Source: Cladosporium halotolerans
Taxonomy: Eukaryota
Direction of reading: 5' to 3'
Length of the DNA stretch: 64,000 bases
NCBI RefSeq assembly: GCF_011745625.1
Contig: NW_027191453.1
Span: 1-64,000 of the forward strand
Shown piece after piece: positions 12,484-23,442 of the stretch. The notes under the pieces were generated by a model, which was given only the letters and a program-made list of their open reading frames with translations, was not told the DNA's origin and did no database searches. Made by a program: the position numbers and the translations under genes. Position 1 is the first letter of the stretch. Every line of letters begins with the position of its first letter.

Positions 12484-13901
12484 ATGGCAGCCAAAGCTCC
12501 CGTGTCGCCAGAGAGGCGCAAGAAGGTGCTGAGGGTGTTGTTTATTTCTCTGCTCTTGGACTTGGTGAGTTCCTTGGCCTACCTGCATGTTTCTTTCTGG
12601 TACCGAAACTGACTATTCTGAAGATTTCCTTCACCTTCATCCTCCCCTTATTTCCCAAACTCCTCGAGTTCTACCGCAATGTCGAAACGGAATCCTCCCA
12701 GACCCTCCTCTCGCAGATCTTCTCCGGTCTGAACGCATACAAGAACAGCTTCAGCAAACCGATCAATGACCGCTATGATATCGTTCTACTGGGCGGTGCG
12801 CTCGGCTCGATGTTCTCTCTCTGCCAGGCCATTGCTTCTCCGGTCATCGGAACACTCTCAGACCGCTATGGCCGACGGACAGCTCTGCTTTGGTCCATGA
12901 TGGGGAACATTGCATCGGTAGCGCTCTGGTGCGCAGCCACAGATTTCAGGACATTTCTGGCGAGTCGCATTGTCGGGGGCTTGAGCGAGGGAAACGTGCA
13001 GTTGGCTATGGCAATTGCAACGGACATCAGCAGCGACGAGGACCGCGGCAAGACGATGGCTATGGTCGGAGCGTGTTTCAGCATTGCTTTCACTTTTGGC
13101 CCGGCGCTCGGTGCAGCGCTGTCGCAAGTCACCCTTGTTGCTGCCAATCCGTTTGCGACTGCTGCTGGATTCTCCCTGTTCTTGATCGTCACGGAGACAC
13201 TCTATCTGTACTACGCGCTCCCGGAGACGCATCCTCCGAATCAGCCTTCGGTCAAAGGCGCAGAGAAGTCAGAGAAGTCTACCACCGAGACCACCAGGCG
13301 CACCAACTCTCACGCCTTACTCAACTTGACGCACTTCACGTTCATCCTATTCTTCAGCGGCATGGAATTCTCCCTGCCTTTCATGACATACGATCTTTTC
13401 GGATACGGATCCAAGGAATCGGGCAAGCTCCTGGGCTTCATCGGTCTCGTGGCCAGCATCCTTCAAGGCGCAGTCGTCCGCCGCATGAACCCTCTCAAGA
13501 TTGTACAGCTGGGTGTCCTCAGCTGCGCCGGAGCGTTCATCATCCTCGCAAAGGTCGAGAACGAGCGCGGCCTCTACATCGCAGCCACTCTTTTGGCCGT
13601 CACCAGCAGCACGGTCGTGACAGGCCTGAACAGCTTGTCTAGCTTCGAGGCCTCGAGCAACGAACGTGGAGGAAAACTCGGCAATCACCGCAGCTTCGGG
13701 CAAGCTGGCCGTGCCATTGGCCCCATACTCTTCTGCACGCTATATTGGTGGGCCGGTCGGGACATGGCGTACTTTGCGGGCGCGGCGGGCATGTTTGGCG
13801 TCTGCGGCCTCGTCCTTGCTTTCCTCAAAAACCCCATCGGACTGAAGCTCAAGCCTACGTATGAGAAGGCCAACGGAGGCGTTGCGAAAAAGGAGCTGTA
13901 A
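12484..13901 (+). CDS. MFS transporter (tetracycline-efflux/MFSD10-like); intron ~12565-12623
   Basis: MFS motif A GTLSDRYGRR, RIVGGLSEGNVQL, GACFSIAFTFGPALG. Exon 1 MAAKAPVSPERRKKVLRVLFISLLLDL splices to ISFTFILPLFP. Confidence 0.92.
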
Positions 13902-14163
13902 CGTATATACTTCCGCTATGCACATCTCATTACGCGACCCATGCTCTCTTGAATAATGTCTCAAAGAGTGCCCGTAATGCACACTAGTCTGCCTCAGGCA
14001 TTCAGCACCAGCAGTGCTCGCCAGCCTCCGCCTCAGATCACGTGCTCTAGGCAGCAGCGCTGCTGCCTACAGTTGCTGCCTGACTGCCTGGCTGTGAGCG
14101 CTCATTCCAGGCACCCACAGCGCGGATAAGGCAGCTTTGCGGCCCGCTAGCGCGGCCTGGAAA

Positions 14164-14172
14164 CATATAAAT
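14164..14172 (+). promoter_or_regulatory. TATA box of the U2 snRNA gene
   Basis: CATATAAAT about 50 nt upstream of the U2 5' end, followed by a pyrimidine-rich tract. Confidence 0.55.
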
Positions 14173-14218
14173 TCGACGCCGCCCTCCGACTCTCTCCCTT
14201 TCTCTTCCTTTCTTCTTT

Positions 14219-14410
14219 AGCTCTCTTTGCCTTTTGGCTTAGATCAAGTGTAGTATCTGTTCTTTTCAGTTTGATCGCTGAAACCTGGCTACGGCCAGTA
14301 TCTCGTTCAACCATTATTTGGAACCACTGGGGGCCCTCTCAGCTTGCTGATGGTCGCCGGTTAGTGTCGCCAGTATCGCACTACCTCTGGCTGACGCGAA
14401 CTCTTACCTT
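14219..14410 (+). ncRNA. U2: U2 spliceosomal snRNA
   Basis: Conserved 5' sequence CTCTCTTTGCCTTTTGGCTTAGATCAAGTGTAGTATCTGTTCTTTTCAG with branch-pairing GTAGTA. Stem IIa TTCAG..CTGAA; stem IIb CTGGC-TACG-GCCAG; Sm-like ATTATTTGG; 3' loop ATCGCACTAC. The 3' end is approximate. Confidence 0.96.
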
Positions 14411-15614
14411 TTTCATCAGTTTCTTCGCTTGCGAAGGCATTGGAGAAGTCCCTCTTCCTCATTATCTCAACATCGCTCCCATTGCCTTTTTTTCTCATGC
14501 CGCTGTCGCTGCTGCTGCTGTTGTTGTGTTGTTATGCTGGCCATGCAATGCTGCGCCGCCCGTCGAGGAGGTAGATAGTACAAAGGTGACACTGAGGTTC
14601 CATGCGGCGCGATGTTGTTACCTGCGTCGGCCGTCATTCGCTTGCGGCAATGCTTTTGCTCGCATTGTTCACGGATCTTTAACAGGTGTAGCTGTGTCCG
14701 CTACTCTGAAGCTGATGGCGGCTTCTGAGCGAGTACTTGGTCACGGCTCCCTCACCGGAGCACTCAATGTGCAGCACTCCACCTGGCAGATGTCTTCTGT
14801 GCATCCATTGCGAACCACATCCATGACCACATCGCACGATATTCGCGGTGAGGGGCCGATGGCATAGATACTCCGCGCCTTGCATGCCTTCTATCCTTAC
14901 GCCGTGTTGTGACCACTTGGGTTCCATCCTCCCTTCGCTGTCTCTAGGCGTCCGCGCCACAGCCTCTGCGATCGACCGAGGACTTTGAAGACATGTCACC
15001 GTCAAAGCGAGCACTTGGGTCTTTTGCGACCGCCGTTCACGCAGAGGGATCATCGCTATGGACGCACTTATGTCTTGAATACATCATTGTACGCTTGAGT
15101 CGAGCACATCATGAACACACGCTGTGCAATCCTGGCCTCCGGCTTAGCTTTCTACTGAACCACGATCGTTCCAACAGAGCGACAAGGGTCCTTGTCCAAC
15201 CCTTGCATGGATCGTCGCCACACAAACGAAGAGTCTGGCGATAGCCTTTGATCGTTGGTCGCAAGTGAAGAGGGGGATAGCGACTCGGACAGAGAAGGAC
15301 CTTGAATCGACAGATGCCCTCGCATCATCACGCAGGCGGCGCATTCGGACGGGCCCAGCAGGATAAAGTCACATCGCAGCATCTCCGCGCGCAGCTAACA
15401 GGCTCGAAGGAGTGGCAAGGGGTGAGACCTCGCGTTCGAAGAGATACCGTCACGCGGTTATCGTTGCTCTTCCGCAAGCGAAAAGTCCAAGGAAGACATC
15501 AGGAGGCGCTCCTGTCGCGGAGACGTCGAGATCGGGGCTTTAACATGGCAGTAGAATAGCAAGCACAATACAGGGTATCTTGAAGCAACCAAACTCCAAC
15601 ACCAAAACAGACCA

Positions 15615-18600
15615 TCAATCCAAATCCACCCACCCCAAACCCCGTTCGCTCACAGCATCCCTAACGCAGCCCTTCAAAGTGTCCAAGGCTCGAGTCCATG
15701 CACCTTTGGCTCCTGTGTCCGTGTCCGCAACTTCCTCGTCATCATCATTGTCAACAACCCAGCCCATCCACTTCACCACACTGACAGCTTTATCCAAATC
15801 CCTCTCCTCCACCACCACCTCCCTCAAATACTTCGCCAAAGCCTCAACATCTTCTCCATACGGACCCTCCTCGCGAAACTCGCCATACCACGCCTTGATA
15901 GCACCCCTCAAATCCGGCAACGACGAAAGCTTCGCCGAAGTGAAAGTCGGCTTCGGCGCGAGCGAAGTCAGCAACAGCGTCCTTGGCGGCTCGACTTGCT
16001 CGCCCTTTCGTCTGCGCGAAGCGGCCGCTTTGGCACGCTGCTGCTGGTGCAGCGACAAGTCAATACCGCCGGTGCGCTGGAGGCGGGACTGGCGCTGCTG
16101 GTCGAGCACTTCGCGGCGGATGTCCTCCGGCAGCGCGGCGAGGAATTCGGGGTCGAGAGTGTCGGGCTCGGGTGTGGTGTCCGCTGAGGTTGGGATCGCG
16201 TCGTCTGCGCGGGCACGGGCGACGAAGTTGGATTGCGTTAGGGTTGAGTTGTCGGTTGCTTGAACGGCGCGGAATCTGCTGGCCAGTAGGCCGCCGCCGC
16301 GTTTGCGGCGGGTGGGCTGCTTTGGAGGAGGGATCACGCGGTTCTTGCGAGGGGATTGGGGCAGGAGGGATTGGTCGTTCTTCTTGCGAGGGGACTTGTA
16401 GAAGCCTAGGATCTCGGCGCGGACGTCTTCGGGGAGGGCATCGAGGATTGAAGGGTCCAGCTGCGACATATTCGGGAGGGCGACAGCAGGAGACTCTGGG
16501 CGAGAGGGCACCTTTGCCGGAGCTTTGCTGAGCTCGTCGTCGATCACTGTTTCGATGGACGGTCGGACATGCTTTGTCAATTTCGCTCGGATATCTTCAG
16601 GCAGCTCACTCAGCACTTTCGGGTCGACTTGGGTCGGCATGACGAACTGTGTTCCGGATATGTTGAGCGGCTTCTTTGTAGGAGTTTTGGCAGTGACGGG
16701 TTGAACGCTGACACTGGGCTGATTGGCGTCCCTTACACGCATCTTTTGCGGCGTCTTCACGTCATCTTGGATCTCGTCCTTTGCTGGAGAATCTTTCGAA
16801 ACCGGAGCAGACGCCTTTGATGTGGGCCCGGTCTTGAATTGCAGTCTGCGCTGGCTGCCCTCGGCGTGTCCGTCAGTGAAGGACTTCAAAGGCTCCAGCT
16901 TCTGCATTTGAATCCCGATTCCTCTGAGCTCGCCGGGAGAGAAGTGAAAGGACTTCATCATGTTGATCGCCTCTTTGGCGATGACGGCAGTCTCGTTGGT
17001 TGACACACCCAGTTGTATGCTCTTGTTGAAGGTGTCGCATCTACCGTGCCCAAGATGCTTCGGCGGGTCGAGAGGAGCGTCAGTCGCTCTGCGCATGACC
17101 TTCATTGTCAACTGCCGCCCTTTTACACGCTCCTTGACGAGGCGCTTGTTGAGCTCGCCGCATAAACCATGCATGAATTCATCGACCTGCTCTTGATTCT
17201 CAAATCGCACGCCCCAGTTGACTTCTGCCGAAACAGATTTTCTGATCACTTGATCGCCCACCTCGGTCCGATCGATTCCACGTGAGTAGTCCCAGACCTT
17301 CTCGCCAGTCTTTGGACCAAGGGTGTTGATGAGCCTTTCCCGCGAGCAATCGCGTATGTCTTTCACCAGCTTGATGCCAATCTCCTCGAGCTTCCCACCA
17401 ATGCTCCAGGCGATACCAGGAAGAGACTGCACGTCGAGCTGACCAATGAAGTCTAGCACATCTTCAGGCTTGAGATGATATTGTCCAGCTGGTTTGGCCT
17501 TGCGTAGCGCGACCTTGGCGAGCAGTATATTGCCCCCAATGCCAACAGACACAGCGCAGCCAGTCTTCTCCAGGACCTCGTCACGCAAGGCTTGCGCGGT
17601 CTCATCCGCTTTCCGTTGCTCTCGATAGTTGCTGCCTTCGCTGCGCCTCACACCATCCGTGCCTCCCTCCGCAATGCAGATAGCGCTGATGTCAACTAGA
17701 GCTTCGTCTATGCTGACACTTTGCACGACGCCTCCAGTCGACATGATCGAGTCGTAGAAGAGTCTGCTCGCAGCTTCGTATCCAGGGAAATCGTAAGGGA
17801 GGATCTTGACCTCCGGACACAAGTCTTGAGCCCGTCTCATCCACATACCGTTCTTGATGCCGAACTTGCGCGCCGGGTAATTGCAGCTTGCTATTTCAGA
17901 ACCGGAGCCATTGCCATGTGCCACGACAGCGGGTTTGTCGATGTACTGCGGATGCTTCTTGAGCGACACAGCAGCAAAGAAGCTGTCAAAGTCCACGTGC
18001 ATGATGTACCTTCTCTGGCCAGGTAGCTTACGCATCTTCGCCTTCTGAGACGACGTTTTCTCAGCAGCAAGCGCTTGGAGCTGAGATTTGAGGTCGGCTT
18101 TCCACGTTGACAAATGATGCAGCCGCGATTCGCGATAATATTGCTCGAGGAAGTCTGGATTCACGACTGTTGATTTCCGGATGCGAGGATCAGAGAGCAG
18201 CAGCGCATTGTGCTCCTCGGCCGACATCTGAGCGAGTTTCTCCGGCGGCACTGTCTTGAGCACTTCCGATTCGCGCACAACCGCCATGGAGTAGTCTGCT
18301 TCTTGCGACCATTCACGTGCACGGCGTTTGGGTGCCTCACCGGCTTCCATCTCCTCAGCCTGGGCAACATCATTGGATTGCTCTAATCCCTTGAGAGGAG
18401 ACTCTGGGTCGTCAGGTCCAGGAGGGCTCGAAGGAGGTGGTGTTTGCAGAGTGGTTTTGACTTCGAGCAGGCTATCTCCCTGCCTGGGCTGATCGTTTGG
18501 CTCTGTTTCTTGGGGCAAAGGTGGTTGTTGCACAGCGCTTTCCAAGGCTTGTTCGACAGAGCTGGTGATCTCCATGCCCGGAAACTCATCGTCTTCGATG

Positions 18601-19244
18601 TCTTCGGCGGGCGTGATGGTCTGCGCTAGACTTGGGGGTTTGAAAGTCTTACTTGAACTCTGCGAGGGACCGTCCTTGAATTGACTCGTATACCAGCTTC
18701 GATCGGTCTGCTCGCGATAGCCTTTGCCTTTAGCGGTGGCTTGGCTGACCATTTGCCCTCGATCGAACCCCAACACCCGCTGGCCCGCGCCTTCTTCGAT
18801 CACCCGGTAGGCATCCCATGGCAGAAGCTGGCCAGCGTTGACGCTGTCGACAATCCAGGCAGGCTTCACAATGCGATAGCGCTTGAACTCTTCTTTCTTC
18901 TTGGGCGTCAGATTGCTCGCAATGATGTGTGTGACCATCGTCTTGCCGTCCAAGTACTGGATGAAACCACCGCCATGCTGTACGATCATCACATGCAGGT
19001 CGTTCAACGAGGGCTGCGTGTAGCCGTTGACGTGACAAACGATGCCCTTGAATATGGCCGGCTTGTCCGAGTTGGCGCGCAGGTCTGCGTCAAGGTTCTG
19101 CAGCTTGATCTTCTTCCGTCGAAAATATTCGGGGAAGCCGCCGAAGCTGGATGCGCCATATTCATCGCCATCCTCGCCTTCGAACGTGTGGCCCTCGATA
19201 CGTTTGCGCACCAACTTCGACTTCTGCTCCAGTCGGGAACCCAT
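15615..19244 (-). CDS. REV1: Y-family deoxycytidyl transferase / translesion polymerase REV1
   Basis: N-terminal BRCT (FKGIVCHVNGYT..IVKPAWIVDS), SRLHHLSTWK, IMHVDFDSFF, SCNYPARKFG, VSIDEALVD, UBM repeats (LPEDIR/LPEDVR) and a C-terminal domain; single exon. Confidence 0.97.
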   Translation of the reverse strand: MGSRLEQKSKLVRKRIEGHTFEGEDGDEYGASSFGGFPEYFRRKKIKLQNLDADLRANSDKPAIFKGIVCHVNGYTQPSLNDLHVMIVQHGGGFIQYLDGKTMVTHIIASNLTPKKKEEFKRYRIVKPAWIVDSVNAGQLLPWDAYRVIEEGAGQRVLGFDRGQMVSQATAKGKGYREQTDRSWYTSQFKDGPSQSSSKTFKPPSLAQTITPAEDIEDDEFPGMEITSSVEQALESAVQQPPLPQETEPNDQPRQGDSLLEVKTTLQTPPPSSPPGPDDPESPLKGLEQSNDVAQAEEMEAGEAPKRRAREWSQEADYSMAVVRESEVLKTVPPEKLAQMSAEEHNALLLSDPRIRKSTVVNPDFLEQYYRESRLHHLSTWKADLKSQLQALAAEKTSSQKAKMRKLPGQRRYIMHVDFDSFFAAVSLKKHPQYIDKPAVVAHGNGSGSEIASCNYPARKFGIKNGMWMRRAQDLCPEVKILPYDFPGYEAASRLFYDSIMSTGGVVQSVSIDEALVDISAICIAEGGTDGVRRSEGSNYREQRKADETAQALRDEVLEKTGCAVSVGIGGNILLAKVALRKAKPAGQYHLKPEDVLDFIGQLDVQSLPGIAWSIGGKLEEIGIKLVKDIRDCSRERLINTLGPKTGEKVWDYSRGIDRTEVGDQVIRKSVSAEVNWGVRFENQEQVDEFMHGLCGELNKRLVKERVKGRQLTMKVMRRATDAPLDPPKHLGHGRCDTFNKSIQLGVSTNETAVIAKEAINMMKSFHFSPGELRGIGIQMQKLEPLKSFTDGHAEGSQRRLQFKTGPTSKASAPVSKDSPAKDEIQDDVKTPQKMRVRDANQPSVSVQPVTAKTPTKKPLNISGTQFVMPTQVDPKVLSELPEDIRAKLTKHVRPSIETVIDDELSKAPAKVPSRPESPAVALPNMSQLDPSILDALPEDVRAEILGFYKSPRKKNDQSLLPQSPRKNRVIPPPKQPTRRKRGGGLLASRFRAVQATDNSTLTQSNFVARARADDAIPTSADTTPEPDTLDPEFLAALPEDIRREVLDQQRQSRLQRTGGIDLSLHQQQRAKAAASRRRKGEQVEPPRTLLLTSLAPKPTFTSAKLSSLPDLRGAIKAWYGEFREEGPYGEDVEALAKYLREVVVEERDLDKAVSVVKWMGWVVDNDDDEEVADTDTGAKGAWTRALDTLKGCVRDAVSERGLGWVDLD

Positions 19245-19451
19245 GAGGGCAGACAATCCGCATTGCTGCCTGCGGTGGCGAGTGGGCTCTCACGGGTACC
19301 ATGAATGGTTTGGTCAAGGCCCAGTAGAACGGATAGTGCTGACGTCCATAAGAAGCGCTCTAAAACAGCCCTCTCATGCTTGCGTATCGTCCCATCAATT
19401 TCACTTTACACGTTGCGCACCAATCGTCGTCGTCGTGACGTGACGCACTTT

Positions 19452-19457
19452 ACGCGT
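19452..19457. promoter_or_regulatory. MCB-like element (ACGCGT) in the REV1/FPR4 divergent promoter
   Basis: Exact ACGCGT about 210 bp upstream of the REV1 ATG, with a related ACGCGA at ~19526. Short motif, so it could be chance. Confidence 0.35.
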
Positions 19458-19726
19458 GAGCGTCTGCAGGTGGACAAAGCGCGGACCCAGCAACGTTTGA
19501 GGGCTCGGCCCGCGCGAGCTCGAGTACGCGAGAACTTTCGCAACTCTCCGCGCTAGAGACGGCCGAGAGCTTTTTTCTCTGCATCAGCCTTCACGGGTTT
19601 CCCTGTCAACGCTTCTTTCTTCCCTCTTCACCGCCTACAAAGACCATCTCCTCCGGTCGCATACCCCCTCCCTCTATCTTTTCACACACATACCCTTCAC
19701 CGCAACCCATACACCACACATTCACA

Positions 19727-21236
19727 ATGCCTCTCCTTCCCATGGCTGTCTACGGCCTCGAGGTCCCTTGCGGCGATGTCCCCATCCCCGCCGTGCCGGA
19801 CTTCCCTGCCTCTTTCCAGATCACCATGGCCGCGATCGACCCCAGCGCCATGCCCGAGGGCGAGCCTGACCTGCCGCCGCGCGCCACGCTGAAGATCCTG
19901 CGCGCGCCCATTGGCTCCGACGAGGACTACGACTCCGAGGACGACGAGGACTTCGATGCCGACGAGATGGACCGCATGCTTGCCGGCGAGGACAGCGAGG
20001 AGGACTCCGAGGACGATGATGACGAGGAGGCCAATGGCGGCCCCAGCGACCCTGCCAAGAGCAAGAAGGCCCGCAAGGCCGCCGCGATGGAGGCCATCAA
20101 GAAGCTCCTCGAGCAGGACGAGATGGATGTCGACGAGGCCAAGACGAACGGCAAGGGCAAGGGCAAGGCCCCCGTCAGCGATGACGATGAGGACGATGAG
20201 GACGACGAGGATGATGAGGATGACGACGAGGACGAGGAGATCGAGGAGTTCGTTCTCTGCACTCTTGACCCGAAATCTGTACGTTTAAATCCCGTGCGCC
20301 TGCAACGCGATCGCCTGCTAACAATTTTCACAGCACTACCAGCAGCCGCTCAACATCACCATTGGTGAGAACGAGCGCGTCTACTTCCAGGTTTCCGGCA
20401 CCCACAGCGTCTTCCTGACCGGCAACTACGTCGAGCCTGACCACACCCACGGCGAGGACGACGAGGAGGACGACGAGGATGAGTACGACCTCTCTCCCGA
20501 TGAGGACGAGCTCGACGAGGAGTACGACTCCGAGGACGAGCTCGACGACATGGAGAACCCCCGCATCACCGAGGTCGACGATGAGGAGGAGGCTCCCAAG
20601 CTTGTCGAGGCCAAGAAGGGCAAGAACAAGCGCGCCGCAGACGACGAGAACCTCGACACCCTGATCTCCGAGTCCAAGGTCGAGCCGACTGCCAACGGCG
20701 AGAAGCTCAGCAAGAAGCAGCTCAAGAAGATGAAGAAGAACGATGGCACCGCCATTGTCGCGGAGCAGACCGAGGAGGCTCCCTCTTCCAACAAGTCCGA
20801 CAAGAAGGTTCAGTTCGCCAAGAACCTCGAGCAGGGCCCTACTCCCACCAAGGCCGCCGCCGCCGCTGAGAAGCCCAAGGCCGCTGCTGGTCCCCGTGTC
20901 GTCCAGGGCGTGACCATCGACGACAAGAAGGCCGGCACCGGCCCTGCCGCCAAGAACGGCGACCGTGTCGGCATGCGCTACATCGGCAAGCTCCAGAAGA
21001 ACAACAAGGTGTTCGACAGCAACAAGAAGGGCAAGCCTTTCACCTTCAAGCTCGGCAGCGGCGAGGTCATCAAGGGCTGGGACATCGGTGTCGCCGGCAT
21101 GGCCGTTGGCGCCGAGCGCCGCATCACCATCCCCGCCCACCACGCCTACGGCTCCCGTGGTGCTCCCCCTGACATTCCCGGCGGCGCCACCCTCGTCTTC
21201 GACGTCAAGGTCGTCGAGATCAACAAGGGCAAATAA
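19727..21236 (+). CDS. FPR4: Nucleolar FKBP-type peptidyl-prolyl isomerase / histone chaperone; intron 20279-20333
   Basis: Nucleoplasmin-like domain ([37 protein letters not shown]), acidic tracts, and a C-terminal FKBP domain ([32 protein letters not shown]). FPR3/FPR4 orthologue. Confidence 0.93.
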
Positions 21237-22710
21237 GCGGATCGTTCGATCGTGAAGCTTGACGAGCCTTCACACCTTCTCAAAGACCACCGCGCCATGT
21301 ACTATCTCCCAATCAGCTTCCCGAAAAGCGACGGCCGGGGACAAAAAGAGCAAAAACTCTACTTTCCAGACCCCAAGTGCTGGAGGGAAGGACGGGTTTT
21401 GCGCCCCCGGCCAACAACATCGCTCTCCGAGGCTGTAACCTCTTTTTCCTTTGTCCGCACTATCAAAACGATGCTTTGGCACAAGAAGCGGCGTTTGCTT
21501 TATTGGCTCTGTATTTACACAGTTTACATAATGATACCCGACTTGCGCGACGACTGCAGGAATGATGGGTTCTGAGGCGCGAGGGGAGAGAATGGATCGA
21601 AAAAAGTTTTCTATATCTGGAAAAATCTTGCCACTTTCATCACTGTGAAAAGTCTCCTTCACGTTTCTGATCGGTCTGTGTCTTGTGTCGATCCGTGATG
21701 TGCAACGAACGTTCGTTTAAACATGAAAGTCCAGGGCGCGGCAGGTGCCGAGACGTGAAGTGAAGCTGAGAACGATCTGACATTGTAGAGACATTTCTAG
21801 GTGTACATGGAAAAACTGCCGTTATCAAGAAAATCCATACGAAAAAATTAAAAGGAAGCAAGCGCTCGGCGCACGGGTATATTGCCTGTTCAAAGCCTTC
21901 CCTTCCCTTCACCAAATAGAAACAGCAGAAAACCCCATTGGACGCCAGCACTCTCTCTTTCTGTATTGCAACCCTTGGAGCTGCTGTGTTTGCTTCGCTC
22001 CTCCCTTCCCCCCTTGCCCTGTGGTTGGACCCCGTTGAACGCCTGGCTTGGCTGGTGAGTGAGCCAATTAAAATCAAACTAAGAAAAGTTGAGGTGAGAG
22101 CGGATGGTCATGCTCGCTCTGCATCAGGTGGGTTTTGAGGTCGATCGCCTGGATTACTGTAACATGCCGGTGGGTCGTACAGGCCCTCTGCAGCATGCCT
22201 ACAGGGACAGTAAGCCGCTGCGCAGACTTGATGGCCCACGAGGTGTTGATTCAATCGGCCACCCGCTCGATCCTTTCTCGATCAGATGTCGGAGTATTGG
22301 CCTCGCCTGTTGCCAGATTGTAAGCTATTCATCCTTGACGAGGTGTGCGATCCGATGAGGTGTGAGCCGCCAGCCGCCGATTTGGAGGTTTCCTGCTGCG
22401 ATCGTGGTGGACCGACCGCCGGGAGCCAAAGATAGAGCGTGTAAAGGTGTAGACGGACTTCTTTGGGCCCGCGTATGAGCTTGTGTGGACTCTGGCCTTC
22501 AGGTTGGCCCGGACAGTGAGTGATTTGGTTGGTCCTATGAGCGTCTACGCAGAGAAAGGAGCAGAGAGTCAGAATCGGAGTTATCTCCTCGTACAGGCAT
22601 GGAAAAGCATGGTTGCGGTGGTTGGGAAGGAGTCCGGAGAGCAAGTAGTCCGGATCTCCTCGTGTGTATTTTGGGTATCAAATGCGTTTTCCTCTCTTGC
22701 TCGTCTCTTC

Positions 22711-23442
22711 TCATCTCACGGGCCTCTGAGGGTAGAAACCCCCGGCATAAAGGTTCGGATCGATGGGACGGAAACCTCCTGGCGGCTGGGGCGTGGGAGG
22801 GGCTCCTGATTTAACTGACCTGTAACCGGAACTTGCTCGCTTGCTCTTCCTCCGAGGCGGCGCGCCGCCTACGCTGCTGTGCTCCTCAATGACCTCCACA
22901 ATGTCGTCGCCGTCCACGCGGCGCTCCGTCCGCGGCTCGTCGACGATGACGCTCTCGCGCACGCGGCTGACGCCAGGCGAGCGTGTGGGAGGCGGGAAGT
23001 CGCGCGTGATGCGCTCTTGTCGGTAGACGCGGTCGCGGCGCGGCGATCGCTGGGACATCTCCGTTCGGCGCGACGACCGTCGTCGATCGGAGTTGCGGTG
23101 CCGTCGCACGACGACGTCTTCCTCCTCGTCTTGATTCGAACGGATGAATGTGGTGCCGTTGGACAAGATCCAGAGCAGCCAGATCAGGAAGATGAAGCCG
23201 AGGACGGAGCCAAGGACGATGCCGACGACTGCGCCGGGTGCCGGGCCCGCGTCGAGACCTTGGTATACGGTTGGTATGGGGACGATGCCGTTTTGCTGGC
23301 GCGGTTGCAGTGCTCGCTCGGCGAGTGAATCGGTGTTTGGAATGGAGATTGCGCGAGCTGCCGGCGCGATAGGCTCTCTGGCGTCTAGGCTGCGAGCGTC
23401 AGATGCGCTGACGCTGCGGATTGCGGGTGGAAAGGGCGCCAT
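22711..23442 (-). CDS. Hypothetical single-pass membrane protein
   Basis: 243-aa ORF with TM GAVVGIVLGSVLGFIFLIWLLWIL followed by an Arg/Ser/Glu-rich tail (DDIVEVIEEHS). Confidence 0.8.
   Translation of the reverse strand: MAPFPPAIRSVSASDARSLDAREPIAPAARAISIPNTDSLAERALQPRQQNGIVPIPTVYQGLDAGPAPGAVVGIVLGSVLGFIFLIWLLWILSNGTTFIRSNQDEEEDVVVRRHRNSDRRRSSRRTEMSQRSPRRDRVYRQERITRDFPPPTRSPGVSRVRESVIVDEPRTERRVDGDDIVEVIEEHSSVGGAPPRRKSKRASSGYRSVKSGAPPTPQPPGGFRPIDPNLYAGGFYPQRPVR

Noticed and set aside
14271..14867. 198-aa ORF
   Set aside because: Overlaps the U2 snRNA, has a non-ATG start and shows no protein features.
20170..20240. GAY/GAG trinucleotide-like repeat
   Set aside because: Encodes the normal acidic tract of FPR4.
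21690..21785. Possible C/D box snoRNA (GTGATGT...CTGA)
   Set aside because: Imperfect C box, no proper terminal stem and no rRNA guide identifiable by eye.
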